Below, piece after piece: positions 39,331 through 54,439 of a DNA stretch of 64,000 nt; within the stretch, counting starts at the first letter, position 1; each line of letters opens with the position of its first letter. A model generated the notes under the pieces. The model had not been told where the DNA came from. It worked only from the letters and a program-made list of their open reading frames with translations, and did no database searches. The DNA lies in the NCBI RefSeq assembly GCF_009914755.1, contig NC_060931.1. The stretch is one strand, 5' to 3'. The stretch is from the human T2T-CHM13v2.0 reference genome, Homo sapiens. Position numbers and translations under genes: made by a program.

Positions 39331-42269
39331 TAATTTTCTTCCAAATATAATGGACCCTAAGTTTTTTTGTTTTTCATTTATTTGTATTAAGCAGAGCTTT
39401 CCCTTCACTACTGTTGGGTCATGGTTAGGAACCATATCTACCTCTTGGTTCCATAAGAAGGGTTCACATTTGACCTGGCTCTTTTCTCTTGATTTTTCCA
39501 GTAGTAGCTACTGAGTGCTCCAGTAGACACTTTCTTCTAAGAGGCCATCTGCCTGTATATTCGAAGAGAGGAAACAGGGAACCCTCTCTGCCCACTGTCA
39601 CCAAACACAAAGTGGGGAGAAATACATATTCTTTTCTAAAAATTTGGCAAGGCTCTCCCCTTAGGACTAACTAGCCTATTATTTTTACTCTTGCCTTGTG
39701 CCTTTTTTTTCTCCAAGGGCGCTCGGAGTCACTGCAAGTGTTTCGACCCTGTCATCCTCATGGATTTCGCTTTTTCCTGGGAGCAGATGTTCTGGAACAT
39801 CTTGGTTGTGTCCCTGTACTGTGATTCTGCCCTGGCTATGGCACACTAACCATTGCTACAAATGCTAGGTCTTCCATGACCGAGTTTTTCTTGGCAGCCA
39901 CAGCAACACCCATATCACATATGCTGACACAACTGTCAGTTTCTAAAGTTTAGTCAGTGATCATCAGGGATGATCTGTCATATTTTCTTTCAACACAAAA
40001 CTTCTAGGGAAGCTTATTTGGACAGTAGAGGCTGACAATATTTTATGTCTTACAGAAACGTTAGATGTCTCTTGTGAGAAACAAGTTTGGCACAAGTAAA
40101 TCTGCAAAAACTTTATTATTTGGCCACCATTCTTATTACTAACTTCTCACGCCTCAGTATAACTTCATACTAGTACCTTTTCCCTGAAGGAATGAGAAAG
40201 AGTTCAGAAGTGTATTATATTCTATTTAAATTTAAATATAAGTCAATCATATGAAATTAAAATATATCCGTATTCATAACCAGAATTGCCACTTACATTC
40301 AGGCTTGAAAGCTTCTATAAAGCTCCAATATTTTTCTTTGCACAAGTTTCAATTCTAATGCCTCAATTTTAATTAAAATAGAAAATGTTAAATGCTTAAG
40401 CCGTAGATATGACAAAAGTATGAAAAGACTCTACCTATATATCTTTCTATATACATATACAAATATAAACCACAGCCATATGTATGTATGGTTCTTTTGT
40501 GCATATGCCTATATATAAATGTGTATGTATATCAGAATTATATAAACATGCATATATAAAAATATATACATTTTGAAAACACATATTATATACATTGAGT
40601 AGCATACAAAGTCATATGTTCCTCTTTGTCTCCCTTCCCTCATTTCAGAGATGAAAGCTCAATATTTGTAGAGTCTTTAAGCAAATTATCAACTCAGTTT
40701 TCACTTTTGTTGACTCTGTTTTGGGGGTTTTAACATATTGTTAGCCAATGCAAAATATATGGGAATTGGAATAACTTCATAATTAAATAAATTGCAATGC
40801 TTGTAATCTATACAATAAGTCGTGTTTTCCAGTCTGTGGTGCCCTTTCCATTCTCTGCATGATATTCCTGTCTAAAAGGCACTAATAGAGACATTCTGAT
40901 CTTGAAAAGAAAAGTAAGGAAAATCAACATCTAAAACTCAGAAAAGTCCTGGGTAGTAAAAGGTCTTTGTTCTGCAGAGTGTTCTCCCACAGAGGAACAG
41001 AATTTTCTTTTAGCTTTTGCATTTGACTCCCAGGCTCTGAAATATAATAATCAAAGCTCTTTGTTACCTTATGTTGAATCTCCTGTACATGAAATCTTAT
41101 TAGGCAAAAAAAAAAAAAAAAAAAAATTCTTGCCCCTAAATAATTTTATGAAAGCTTGAACATTTGCCAGTTAAAAATATCTTTTTGTATTATGATGTTA
41201 TAAGCAACTGCTGATAGGCCACTGGGATAATTAGAGAAGACTAAAGGATATCTAATGAGTTTTGCAGGGTGCATTTCAGAATGTATTATATATTATCATG
41301 TGCTTCTGACAATTTTATCTTTCTCTCCCTAGATGGCAAGATATCCCGGTGTTGTAATGCTTAAATTAGAGATCCAAGGCAATTATGAAACCAAGAAAAA
41401 AATTTTTTTTTTTCAAACTTTTTGTTAGGAGGGGTGAAGGCTTCTTCCTCTGTCAGGCTTCTCTGGGGCCTTAGATTCTTCCTCAGGGAAAGATCAGTAT
41501 AAACCAATCAATAGCTCATCTTAAGGGAAGATGAATTTTACCTTCTCAGGGAATGAAAATGACCTTATAGTTAAATGAAAAGAAACATAAGCAATGCTCT
41601 TGGAAGTCTTTCTGTATTTATTATGTTCCTTGATTATCTGCCCCAGCTTCTGTGAGGATGGAGGCAGGCATTTCAAGCTAGATCACTCAGCCTAGATCCT
41701 TCTCCTGTAGATCCTTGAACAACTCAAACAAAACTAAAAACGTGATACTCTCCAGCAAAAGCTTTGACGAAAAATCTGCTGAGTGAACTCTGCGGGGAGA
41801 TGCTGAGCTAGGAGCAAAGCAATAGGAAAGTTGTGGAAGACATTTGTGGTTGTCCCACACTATCATCGGTAGGAACAAGCAAAGGAAAAGGAGGGCTTCT
41901 TGTTACTTTCTTGGAGTAAAAAGATAGTACTGTTTTTGCTTTTCTTTCTCTTTTAGTCCCCACTATCATTCAAGAAGTAGTCAAGCAGTTTGTCATGGAG
42001 CATGAACTCTGGAGGAGTTCGAACATTTGTGTGAAATTTCAATCTAGGGGTGATAAGAACAGAATGAGAAAGGTTAGCTGGCGGTAGGGAAAAAGTGGAT
42101 ACACACTATTGTGATCAATTCCTTGTAGCTCATGTAAAAGACACCTGTTTCTGGAATAGCAGTCCAGGTAAAATTGTAGCATCAATATCCATAAGCTTTA
42201 GTAGCTTCAAGTGCAGAAATGAAACATCACTCTCAAGCAGGTAGCATCTCTAGGAGCTGCATGCCTTAG

Positions 42270-42533
42270 GGCACAGATGAGCAAACTATGACCCAGAGGC
42301 GAAATTTGGGAAGCTGTCTGTTGTGTTCAGTAGAGTTTTATTGGAACACAGCCCCACTCATTCTTTCTGTACTGTCTCTGGCATCATGTAGAACATTGCC
42401 TACTTTCATAGTTGGCTATGAGGCTTTTGTACTGCAAGGACAAAGTTGAGTAGTTGTGTCAGAAACCTTATGACCCATAAAGCCTAAAATATTTAATTAT
42501 GCTGTTTACAGAAAAGGTTGTCAGATGACTGCC
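42270..42533. mobile_element. MER58-type hAT MITE
   Basis: gcaaactatgaccca...ttttattggaacacagccccactcattc...aaagcctaaaatattta...ttacagaaaaggttg. Confidence 0.8.
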
Positions 42534-44679
42534 TTGAAAGTCATGGTAGTCTCATGCTCTCTGTTGTATCAAGTAAACCAGAAGCAACCCCACGGCAGAC
42601 AAGGCTGTAATGGGAACAGTCAGGTGGTAGGGAATCAATCCAAGATGGATTCACTTTGGAAATACCTTTTACAATTGTCAGCCACTATCTTCCTTATTCT
42701 TCAAGAAAAGCCATTTCATTTATTTCCAGTAAGGAACAGTCCATATTCTTTGCTTTCTAAATTTAATTTTTGCTGAGCCTGCTTGTGATAGTAACCCACA
42801 GCAGTGCATTCATTGGTGTAAGGACCTGGTTTGACATGGTTCCAGAACATGTAAGAGGGCAGAATAATTGCTGAACCTATGCTCTTAGCTCAATGGCAGC
42901 TCAGGGATTCTGTTTCAGGGAAGATTGATCGGAAGGTTTTGTTTTAAAACTGCATTTGCATAGCAAGAACAATGCATGCCTTTTTATTAAATGATGCACG
43001 TCAACATGTTTAGCACATTTTTATTTCTAAAATTAATCTTATTTACATTCTCTGTATAATTTTCCCTGGCAAAGTGACATTGGTAATGACGGAGATTATG
43101 AGGGAGTTAAATATAGTCTAAGACACCTCTTTGGAAATACCCTTGTGCTAATTATACTCGAACCTGCTTGAACAATTTCCTTCTACTGCTCTGCACAGAA
43201 TTGCACTGGCTTCAAACTCAAGATATTTAGAGTATAAAAAAGGTACCTGACAACAATTTATATCTGTAGGCTCATTCACAGTTGTCAAAGTACTTTCATA
43301 TAAGCCACACTGCTGGCCTGCATGCTGCAGTGGATGTAAGATAGCAAAATTAATGTTAATTCTGCTTAATGTGCATGGAATCAGAGACTCGGAGAAGTTG
43401 CATGAATTTCCTAAGAAAAAGGACAGAGTGAAAATTGTAAGCCAAGTCTTTTTTTTAATGTGTTCTGTTTAAGGTTAAAGGCAATGAACAATACAGACCA
43501 AACAACAAACACCAACATGTATAGCTCTGCTCACCACAGCTGCACGTGACTTCTGGAGTGGATGGAGAAAATGTAGGTTACACATCAATAGCATCTGCTA
43601 TAGCATATTATACTTCAATTAAACAATTTTTTATTTGTTCCCAAACACGGAAAAAACCAACAAAGCATTATACTATCCAAAATAAATAAGTTAATACATC
43701 ATCTCATTTCCCTGTGACTGAATGCTTTGCCGCATGACCTGCCAAGTTTCCCAGTCCGCTGAGGACTCTAGGTGGATTTTTCTCTGTTGTCTCTAGTCTT
43801 CCATGAACCACAGTGCTGATGCAAAGCCCAGAAGTTATCATCCTGCTGGCCATGTGTTCATCAGAATTCTTACCCTTCACTGGATCTGTTAGTGATGGGC
43901 AATAACTAACCTCAAAGTAGAGAGAGATAAACCCAGAGCTTTTTAGTAGGCCTAGCTTTTAAATGTGAATAGTTAGGAAGCTCTCTTTCTCCCTCTCCTT
44001 CTATCTTCTTACATATCTAGACTCATCTATATATATGAATATAGTTAGGAAATTGTAAAATAATACTATTTAAATTGGATATGCCTCTTTTTCCTCAATG
44101 TGGAAAAATAGAACAAGTTAATTTCTATTTTATTCTCAAATTTTAAAGCAGGATTTATGCAATATTTTAGCCAGAAAACAATAAAATTTATGAGGGAAAG
44201 GTATTGTTACAGGGGGAAAAAAGTATTTTACAAGTTAAAAATTGTCTAATGCCACAATTACCCTCCACAACCCCCTTCCCGTGCATTCCTCCACGTACCT
44301 ACAAATCTCACACCACTCCTATGTGTGCAAATGGTGTGGTAGAGTTCACAGTGATAGGGGAGAGAAATTGAAGATCAAGCCTTACTTAATTCTTAGCTCA
44401 TTTGGACATGATAACACGGGGAGTGGAAAGAACTGATGGTCAAGAGACCCGATCATACTTCACCATTAGGTAAATAAGCTACATAGACATGGGCAATGTC
44501 GCTTACCAACTACAGGGCTTTGTTTTCCTCTTTTGTGAAATGAGAGGCCTTTATAATAGTTCTAAGTTCTCTTCCAATTCTCTGCAGTTGAATTCAAGTA
44601 AGATAGTCTCGTGGATAGTGTCTTATTCTTCTATTTCCTTTCTCCTTCACCATCTTTTCACTCTTTAGAAGGGCTAGTT

Positions 44680-45080
44680 AACTATCTGGGATTCTAGGTG
44701 GTTTGTGAGTAGCAGAATACCTGGAAAAGAAGTGCTTAATGTATTCATCAAAAATGTAGGCTCCTTCCTTTCTTCTTTTTCTTTGCATTGTCTGCGTCCA
44801 TAGTGGAATATAATTACTGCACTTCCAGACATCAAATATGCATTTCAGGCAGTAAGAAAGAGACAGGAGAAAAATGAGAGCAGATGCTTGCTCAGGAGAC
44901 AGGGACTTAAGCTTCCATCTTATTGACCAGAATTAGATCGCATGAACCCTTTCACCCCTGTAAGCTGCATGAGCACAAGGAAGTCGAATAATCCATTTTC
45001 GACTCCTCTGGTTTAAGGAAGCAAGGGGGAAAGGGATTGAAAGGGGTAATGAGAATGAGCTAACCCACAGGAAACCTGCC
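44680..45080. mobile_element. Old MLT1 (L/M/N-type) LTR remnant
   Basis: taggctccttcctttctt...tgcacttccagacatca...ttattgaccagaattagatcgcatg. Confidence 0.5.
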
Positions 45081-48000
45081 CTGGCTGGTATTTTGGAAAG
45101 GGTGACATCTTAACAGGACAAAGACATTATTTTGAGAATCAGTGAGAAAAATTCTTGTCTTTTCATCTTATCTCATCTTTCTTAATCAAAGAAAGTTCCC
45201 TTAAAAAATGCATTGTAGAAGAACACCAATTGTAGGTAATACATCTAAAGGATGAATTCAAGATAAAGGGTAATTTTCTGTTGCTAGTAGAAGTCTCATA
45301 AGTGGCTAGGCTAGATAATAATCTTTCAAAGGTGTTTTTACTAAGACAGTACTATCTTGGCAGATGAATGAATCCATCCACTTTCAAATGTTCTAATTAT
45401 TGGGCACATAAAAATACAATAGCAATGTTATTCCAACTCTTCCCTGATTATCAAACTTATTCAGATCTATTTAGAGATACAATATAACACATTATTTTCA
45501 TTACCATTAATCAACTTTTATCTGTGAATGGTGTGGCATGCTAAAGTGGATAGTTTACATCAGTTACAATAGTCAGCTCAAAAGAGGCTGGTAGTTTGAA
45601 TTAAGAATGATTTACAAATTTATAAAAATAATTACATTTGCAATATTATGTTTAAAAATTATGCATTGTTTTTCGGTGAAACAAAATTCTGTATTACCAT
45701 TCTTACTGGTTAAAATATTGGCCGAACCTGGCTATTGCTGTGAAAAAGAAAATGTATGAATTTCTATTTCTCAGAGAGCTACTCTTTGTGTATTTTCTCT
45801 TTCAGACATTGGATCCTGTGTCATGAAGGAATAAATTCTGTCTGAGATTTATAAATTACTTGAATGTAGACTGCTTTATTTCTCTCCTTACATTGTATAT
45901 TGGGTCAATCTCTCAATTCTGAGTAGAAAAAAAAAAACTTATTCTGACAAATCTGAGTATCTCTTCAATGGGAAAGGAATACTGCTCATTCTGAGAAGAA
46001 AGAAACAAATGTCATTAAAAGCAACACAGTGAAGTTGTTGGCCTTTTAAAAAATATAAATTTTTATATAAAAGCAATACATCTTAAAGTATCCTTGCTTT
46101 GGTTAAAAAATAAAAACCGAAAACAGTGGAAGTGCTGCAAGCTGTGGTGGTTGCTAAAATGTGGCAACAAGTACAATGTCATAATTTCTAAATAGCTGAA
46201 ATCAATCAAGGAAGTGAAATGTGAAGTTTGACATTTTTAATAAATTATACTATTTACCTTAATGCAAGTGACATAATTGAGGTAAATTAGAGGAAAGGAG
46301 CAACTGAACTGTAGCTAATTCATGTTTTAGACAGTGTTCAGTTTCCTTTAAAATGTATTCAAAATTTTTTAGCCTTCTGGATGGATAGAAGTTGGAGTCT
46401 TTATAAAATAGAGCTTATCTAGCTACTGAATTATAAAATTATTTCAAAATCTATATACTCATGACAATAACAAAGCATATGTACTTTAGATGAAAAATAT
46501 TAACACATCAAAATTGTAATTGTGGACAAAAATGTCTTGAAAAAATTGCTATATGCTGAAATTCTCAGAATAGAAAGTGTATAATATACTCTCCCTGATG
46601 TTAATATTTTTCTGAAATAACAATTTTATTCATCAGGCAGGTAAACATCCATCTCCTTTTTTACATCTAAACAATATAGTTCAGGATTTCCTAAGGTTCT
46701 GAAGTTAATAAATGATGGAACCAGGACTGGAACCCCAGGTCTTACGTCACTTGTCTTGCTTTGAGTTCTTCGTATCAAGCCAATGGGCATCACATTGATC
46801 GCCATGTTAGCAGCAATGATAATAAAGATATTTCCATTTCATTAAATGTTCAAATTTGTACCAGGTACAGAGTAAAAAGTATCAAGCTACATTGTATCCT
46901 TTTTCTGTGGTGAAATTGAATTCTTCTAAAGAATCCAGCAAAATTTCTGCCTACTAAATGGCTTAATCTTCATTGAAGTGGTTTCTTTCTATAAATCATG
47001 AGCTGTTATCAGTCTATTGTAAAATATATTGCTACAATTATAGGTGACTTAAACTAACTTCTACTGAGCAGATGAATTATAATATAGGACAAAACCAAAT
47101 TCAACGGCTATGAATGCCCTCGTAATCCCCTGTTCCCTTAGAGGACTAGGTAGACAGGATACTGGTAAGATTTGTAGGTGGATTCTCCTATAGGAAATTA
47201 GTGAGGTATGTTTACACTATGTGTCATGAAGCTACCTGGCCCTTCCCCATGCTGGAGTGCCAAATGTGCGAGCTCTGGGGTCTTATAGACACTGTTAGAT
47301 TGGAGGCAAAATGAAGCAGGAAAGCAGGAGGGTTTTTTTGGTGAGGCTGGACTATGAGAAATTTGAAGTCTTTTGGAAAGAGTAGTACACCTGAAGTTTA
47401 TTATAATAGGATAGCAAATGGCAAAAGGGAAATACAAATAATTTTATTTAATTAGAAAATGACTATTATCTTTATATAACCTAATTATGTTTAAGTTATT
47501 TTCTGGTAGATGGGTGCATTTCTTTGTTTTAATAAGCAGTGCATGCATTAATACGTAAAATAATTTAAAAAGCAAATTAGATCAGGTAAGTGACCCAAAA
47601 GTTACCAATTGGATTACTTACATAGAGCAGGCTAAATCCCATGATTTTATTCTTAAGTTATTTTTCAAAAGGTATATGAATTTTTTAAATAAGCAATTTG
47701 ATATCAGAACATGTTGCAGGTGACATCACATTTGAGTAAATAAATTCTATTAGATCTCATTTTGAACTGTGATTTCAGGATCATTTTTTCTAATCAATTA
47801 AATTTAAATTACTAGCATTTTAAGGGGCAGGGATATTTTTTCCTCTTATTTCGTGACCACCATTTTATTTCAGTATCTTCTTGATGTGCATTTTATTTCA
47901 ATTAATCAGAATGACTATATGAAGTTCCTACTCTTGTATAACCCCTCCAACCACAGCACATACGTATAAAACTTAATCTATTTCTCTACCTCATTTATCT

Positions 48001-51000
48001 ACCAGGCATTTAACATAGACATGTGAATAACATATAGGTCATATAGGTAACTTGATCAATAGTGATATCAAAACTGAGATTCGAGATTGAAGTGAAGTTT
48101 CTTTGGTTTTGCACATAAATCTTAAAATCATTGTATAAATTAAAGTAGATTTTCATTGTGTTCTATATGGCTAAACTGTCATCAAATTTACCTGTACAAA
48201 TTGATTTCAGGGGGAAAATGGGGCAATTTTCTTCGTAAACTGAAAAATGTGAAAACTTGATGGGACTACAAGTTTTTCCATCTCATTATAAGTATTTTTA
48301 AGATTATCTTCAGACATCCACTTCTTGCAGCATAGTAGACTACATATCTTAACAAATGTCATAATAAAAATAACTGAAATATAAGCAATGATTAAAAAAT
48401 TAGAGCCCCTAAATTACTTACAAATGGATCTTTAATGTCAATGCAATTGCAACAAGAAACTCAGAGTTTGATTGTACAACTTAACGAACTTATTCTGTAA
48501 ATTATTTAGAAGAGAAGGAGGCAAGTATAGTTAAAGTGGTGGAAATTTCTGTATCAAAATTATAGCAATTTGCTATAATTTTTATACAAATTGCTTTAGC
48601 AATTTGTTTATGAAATAATTAAAATTGTGTAATAAGGGCATAGAAATAGATACCTAGATCTGTGAAACAAAATTCAGACATATATCCACATGTATGTAGA
48701 AATAAACATATGGCAGAACTGACATTGTAGATAAGCAAATGAATTTCTTTTTTTATAAGTTTGGCTTGTACAAAGTGTTAGGAAGAAAATATAGAAATTT
48801 ATATCCCTACCCCATTTCACAACCAATATTCTGTTTCAATGGATTAAAACTTAAATGTGAAACCAATTTATTAAGGAAAGATTGAATGTGAATTTCTTCT
48901 TGAACCTAGGCAGAGAATATTTTAGCTAAATAGAAAGTCTGAACTGAAAAACTGAATATAAAAATATTGAATTGATTAAAGTTAAGAGCTGTTCAGCAAA
49001 AGGCATGATAAATCAAAAGCCATATTTGAAATATGCATATTTGATGAATAAATGTCCAAAATATAATTTCTACAAATTTGAAAAGATTACTTTTAATAAC
49101 TTCATTATAGGTTTATTCTTTCAATTTTTTATTAAGTACACATGAAAATGAACAATAAACAGCTGCAATGACGTCCATCCTTATTAGTAATAAGGGAAAA
49201 GCAGTTAAGTACAACTTAGATATAACTTTATATCTATCAGATTGGCTACTTACAAAAAGTCATTCAGCAGGAAGTTTGGCTGAGGATTTAGGGAATCTGA
49301 AAGGCTCATCCATTGCTGGTAGAAATCTAATCATGCATAAACACTTTAAAAAAATACTTTCATGAAATTATATTTTACAACATATATAACGTAGATTATT
49401 ATCTAAATTAAAATTGAGCAATTCCATTCATACAGTTTACAAATTTAAGTATATACTTCTGTAATTGCTATGAAAATCAAAATATAGAATATGTCTATTA
49501 CTCAAGAATATTCCCTCATGCTCCTTTGCAGTACATCTCTTCTCCCAATATATGCCACAACTGGCAACCAATGATCTGCTTGAAGGTACTCCTTACTTTA
49601 CTAGGATTTCATGTAATTGTAATCATACAGAATATTGACTTTTGTTCCTCATGTCTTTCACATAGCATAATTCTTTCAAGATTAATTCATGTTGTTGTAT
49701 ATAACATTCCCTTTTATTGCTGAGTGGTATTCTAGTGTATAGATGAAGGAAAATGTGTTTATTAACTAGTTGATAGGTAATTTTAGGCAATTGGGAATAA
49801 AACTTACGTGAACATGCTAACGTTTAATTTCAGCTGTTACACTTTAGTCTGAACCATTATGAGTTAGTTTTATATGATGTGAGGGTAAGCATTGAGGTAT
49901 ATCTTTTCACATGTAGATATCTGATTGCATCAACTCAGTCTTCTGAAAATTGAATCCATTTCCTATTGAAATTCCGTGACACATTTGTCATTAATTGATC
50001 ATGTATATGGGTATTTTTCTGGAGTGTCTATTTTTTGTTGATCTACATGCCTAGTCTTACACCAGCAACACACTGTCTTGATCACTGTAGCATTTACAGT
50101 AATTTTTGAAATGGGAAATTTATGTATTTTAACTTTTTTCACATTTCAAAATTGTTTTGTTTGTTCTAGGTCTTTATATTTCCATATCAATTCAGAATTT
50201 AGCCTGTTAATTTGTGTCAAAAAGTCTGCTGGGATATTTTTAGGAATTTTGTTTAATACGTAGATTAATTTGGAGAACTGTCATCTTAACAATGTTGAGT
50301 CTTCTGCTTCATGAACATGGTATAGCTTTCCATTTACTTAAGGCTTATTTGTTTATTTTCTGCAATGTTATACAGTTCTCCTTGTGAATATATTAGACAT
50401 CTCTTGTTAAGTTTATCCCAATACATTTTATGTGTTTGGATCTATTGTTAAAGGTGTGACCTTTTTATTTAAATTTCAAATTGTTGATTGCTAGTTTGGA
50501 GAAATAGAGTTGAATTGTGCATATTGTTCTCATAACATGTGATCTTGCTATATTTACTTAATAGTTCTCACTTTTCTTTCTTTGCCAATTTCTTGTGATT
50601 TTATGAATCAGTGAATACAGTTTTGCTGCTTCCATTCATATACGTATGTGTGTATATATGTGTATATATATACACCCATGTTTTTTTCTCCCCTTCGTAT
50701 TAACGCAGTGAATAATTGAATAACAGTGATGCAAGCATACTATTTTGTTCTTGATCTTTGGTAGAAAACATTCAGTTTGACAATTAAGTATGATGTCATC
50801 TGCATGTTGTGGAAGTTCCTTTGTATGCCTAGTTTTCTGAAAGTTTTTTTTTCCTTAATTAAGAATACATAATTTTATTTAAAACAATTCTGTCAATTTG
50901 TATTATAATATGAATTTTCTTTTTAGTGTATTAATGGTAAAAATTATGTTCATTGATTTTTAAATATAAAACCAATTTGTGTTATCTGGAATAAAACCCT

Positions 51001-51155
51001 CTTGGGCATGCTGTGCTATCCTTTTTATGGATATCTGAATTCAATTTGCTAATATTTCTATTTTATAAATCAATTTTCACCTGTTATTTTCTTCTCAGAA
51101 AAATGTTTCACAATATCTCCCATAGTGCAGATATATTGGCAAAAAATTATCTCTA

Positions 51156-51225
51156 TTACATTGGTGCAAAAGTAATTGCAGTTCTTGCCATTGAAGGTAA
51201 TGGTAAATTACTTTTGCAACAACCT
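51156..51225. mobile_element. MADE1 (Hsmar1-derived MITE)
   Basis: ttggtgcaaaagtaattgcagttcttgccattgaaggtaatggtaaattacttttgcaacaacct; palindromic. Confidence 0.9.
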
Positions 51226-51789
51226 CAATTTTCCTATGTTTAAAATTCACTTTTGTTTCTAAAAGATATTTTCATAGGTAATAGCATTCTATGTTTATGA
51301 GGTTTTCTATCAACACTTTAAAGATTTTTTTGTCTTCTGGCTCATGATTTCTAAAAAGTCTTATTTATTATTTCTCTCTCACATGTAACATGCTTTTTTT
51401 TCTAGTTTCCTTATCACTGTGCTTCAGCCTTTTGAGTATGACACTTATGTGGTTTTATCTAGGTTGCTTCTCCTTGGAACTTACTAAAGTTTTTGGATCT
51501 GTGTGTTCATAGTTTTCATAAAAATTTAGTGAATTTTCTGCCATTTTTTTCAAATATTTTTCTCTTTCCTTATTTCTGGTATTCCAAATACATGTAAATT
51601 GGAATATTTAATGTTTCAGACATAATCTAGACTATCTTTATTTTCAGGCTTTTTTCCCTCTATGCTTCATTTTATATTATTTATATTGGTGTATATATAT
51701 ATATTCAGATTCATTAGTTTTCCTGCAAGACATAATTGGCTTTTGGTCTCATCCAGTATTTTTCATTTAGATATTGTATTTTTAAAATT

Positions 51790-52310
51790 TTTAAAAATTA
51801 ATAAACTTTACTTTTGTAGAACACTATTTGGTTTACAGAAAATCAGAGCATAGAACACAGGGAAATTCCAAACACCCCTTTTCCCTGCAATGCAAGAAGT
51901 TTTCTCTTATTAACATTTGCATTAATGTGATATATTTGTTACAATTGGTGAAAAGATATTTACACATTATTATCTAAGGTCTAGTTTACATTAAGGCTGA
52001 ATCTTTGTGTTGCATAGTTTTATGGGTTTTGACACATGCATAATGTCATGTATTTACAATTAAAATATTGCACAGAATAGTTTCATCATCCTAAAAATCC
52101 TTTCTGTTCCACTTATTTACTCGTTCTTCCTTCTTTCTTCCAAATACAGGCAACCACACATCTTTTAACTGTCTCTTTATAATTTTGTCTTTTCTAGAAT
52201 GTCATATAGTAAAGTAGCCTTTTCAGACTTGCTTCTTTCACTTAATATATATCTGAGATTCCTCCATTTCCTTTTGTAGCTTGATAGCTCATTTCTTTTC
52301 ATCACTAAAG
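51790..52310 (-). mobile_element. L1MC 3' end
   Basis: atttgttacaattggtgaa...acacattattat...tatgggttttgacacatgcataatg...cagaatagtttca. Confidence 0.8.
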
Positions 52311-52739
52311 TTAATATATTTTTTCAGTTTTAGAAGTTCTGGTTAGGCCATTTTTATGCACTTCATCTTCTCATTAATTTGGTTATAATCTCCCTTTACA
52401 TTTTGACTATATTTGTAAGATTTATAATAAGCTTTTAATTGTCTACTTATTTTGTTAACTATTATTTCTAGATCCATTTCTATTGATGATTTTTTTTCCT
52501 GCTTATAGGTCATATTTCCTAAATTTCACTAGGCTGGCAATTTTTTTGTTATATCCTAGACATTTTGAATTTGATACTGTCGTGTGCTCTATTTTATTTC
52601 CTTAAAGATTGTTGGATTTTGTCCTGGTACAGTTAAGTAATTGGCGTATCAACTTGACATTTTTGAGGCTTGATATTTAGTTTTCTATAATGGGTCTAGA
52701 AGAACCTTTCTTATAAGACTAATTTAGGACCACTGGTAG

Positions 52740-53132
<393 letters not shown>

Positions 53133-53837
53133 TAATCTCAGTTTTTATAATGATTGTGCGTTGTTTGGTCTGCTGTTTTCTCGTAGTTCTTAACCTTGAC
53201 CTCAGGTAATTTCCTCTCTCATTTAGACTCAAAGGAATCAAAAAGACATATATCCTTATCTCTGAAATTCTGAGTCTACTCTAAAAATTCCAGCTGTTTG
53301 ACTCTCTAAACTTGATCTACATCTCATCAACTCACTAAGATTGTTGTGCTCTGTTTTTCTTCCTCCTTCCACTGCTGTGACCTGGAATATTCCTGCAGTC
53401 AACAACTATGGCTCGCTTAATTTGTTTCCCTTCCCTCAGAGATTGTAGTATTCTGTTACCTGTTGTCAGTTGATTGAAAATTGATACTTATATATTTTCT
53501 CTGGTTTTATAGTTGCTTATGACAGATGAATAATTCCTGTGGTAGTTCATTTTTCATTGTCAAAACAAGATTTGTAAAAACATAAAACCATGTAATTCAT
53601 TTGGATATATATTATGATCTAAACATTACACACTTAGGTAAATGAATTTGTACACATGAGCATGTTCATATCTTTGTTGATTTTTATTTTAATATAGAGA
53701 AATTCTAAAGCCATTAGAATGAATAAATTGTAATACAGTCACGTGATGGAATATTGCAGTTATATATTTACAAAGAAATGATAGTTACATGTAATATAGG
53801 TAAATATCAGGTATAATGTCTTATAAAAACAAAAATT

Positions 53838-54128
53838 TGGGCATGGTGGCTCACTCCTGTAATCCCAACACTTTGGAAGGCTGAAGTGGAAGAACTGCTT
53901 GATTCCAGGAGTATGAGACCAGCCTGGGCAAAACAGTGAGACTGTCTCTATTTTTAAAAAATTGAAAATTAGCCATGTATGGTAGTATGCATCTATTGTC
54001 TCAGCTACTTGGGATGCTGCGGCAGAAGGATTGCTTGAGCCTGGGAGATCGGGACTGCAGTGAGCTGTGATCACACCACTGCACTCCATCCTGAGCAACA
54101 AAGACTGCCAAAAAGAAAAAAAAAAAAA
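53838..54128 (+). mobile_element. AluJ
   Basis: gaaggattgcttgagcctgggag, tgagctgtgatcacaccactgcactcc. Confidence 0.92.
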
Positions 54129-54134
54129 TTCACA

Positions 54135-54439
54135 GGCCAAGCATGATGGTTCAATCCTGAAATCTCAGCACTTTTGGAGGCTGAGGTGGGCAGATCACTT
54201 GAGGTCACGAGTTTGAGACCAGCCTAGCCAACACGGTGAAACACCATCTCTACCAAAAAATACAAAAATTAGCTGGGTGGTGTTGTGGCATATAGCTGTA
54301 GTCCCAGCTACTTGAGAGGCTAAAATGGGAGGATCGTTTGAACCCGGGAGTGGAGGTTGCAGTGAGCTAAGATCATGCCACTACACACCAGCTTGGGTGA
54401 CAGAGTGAGACCCTGTCTCAAACAACAACAACAAAAAAA
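54135..54439 (+). mobile_element. Alu (Jb/Sz-like), directly behind the previous Alu tail
   Basis: Dimeric Alu; flanks aattcacag / aaatcacag. Confidence 0.92.
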
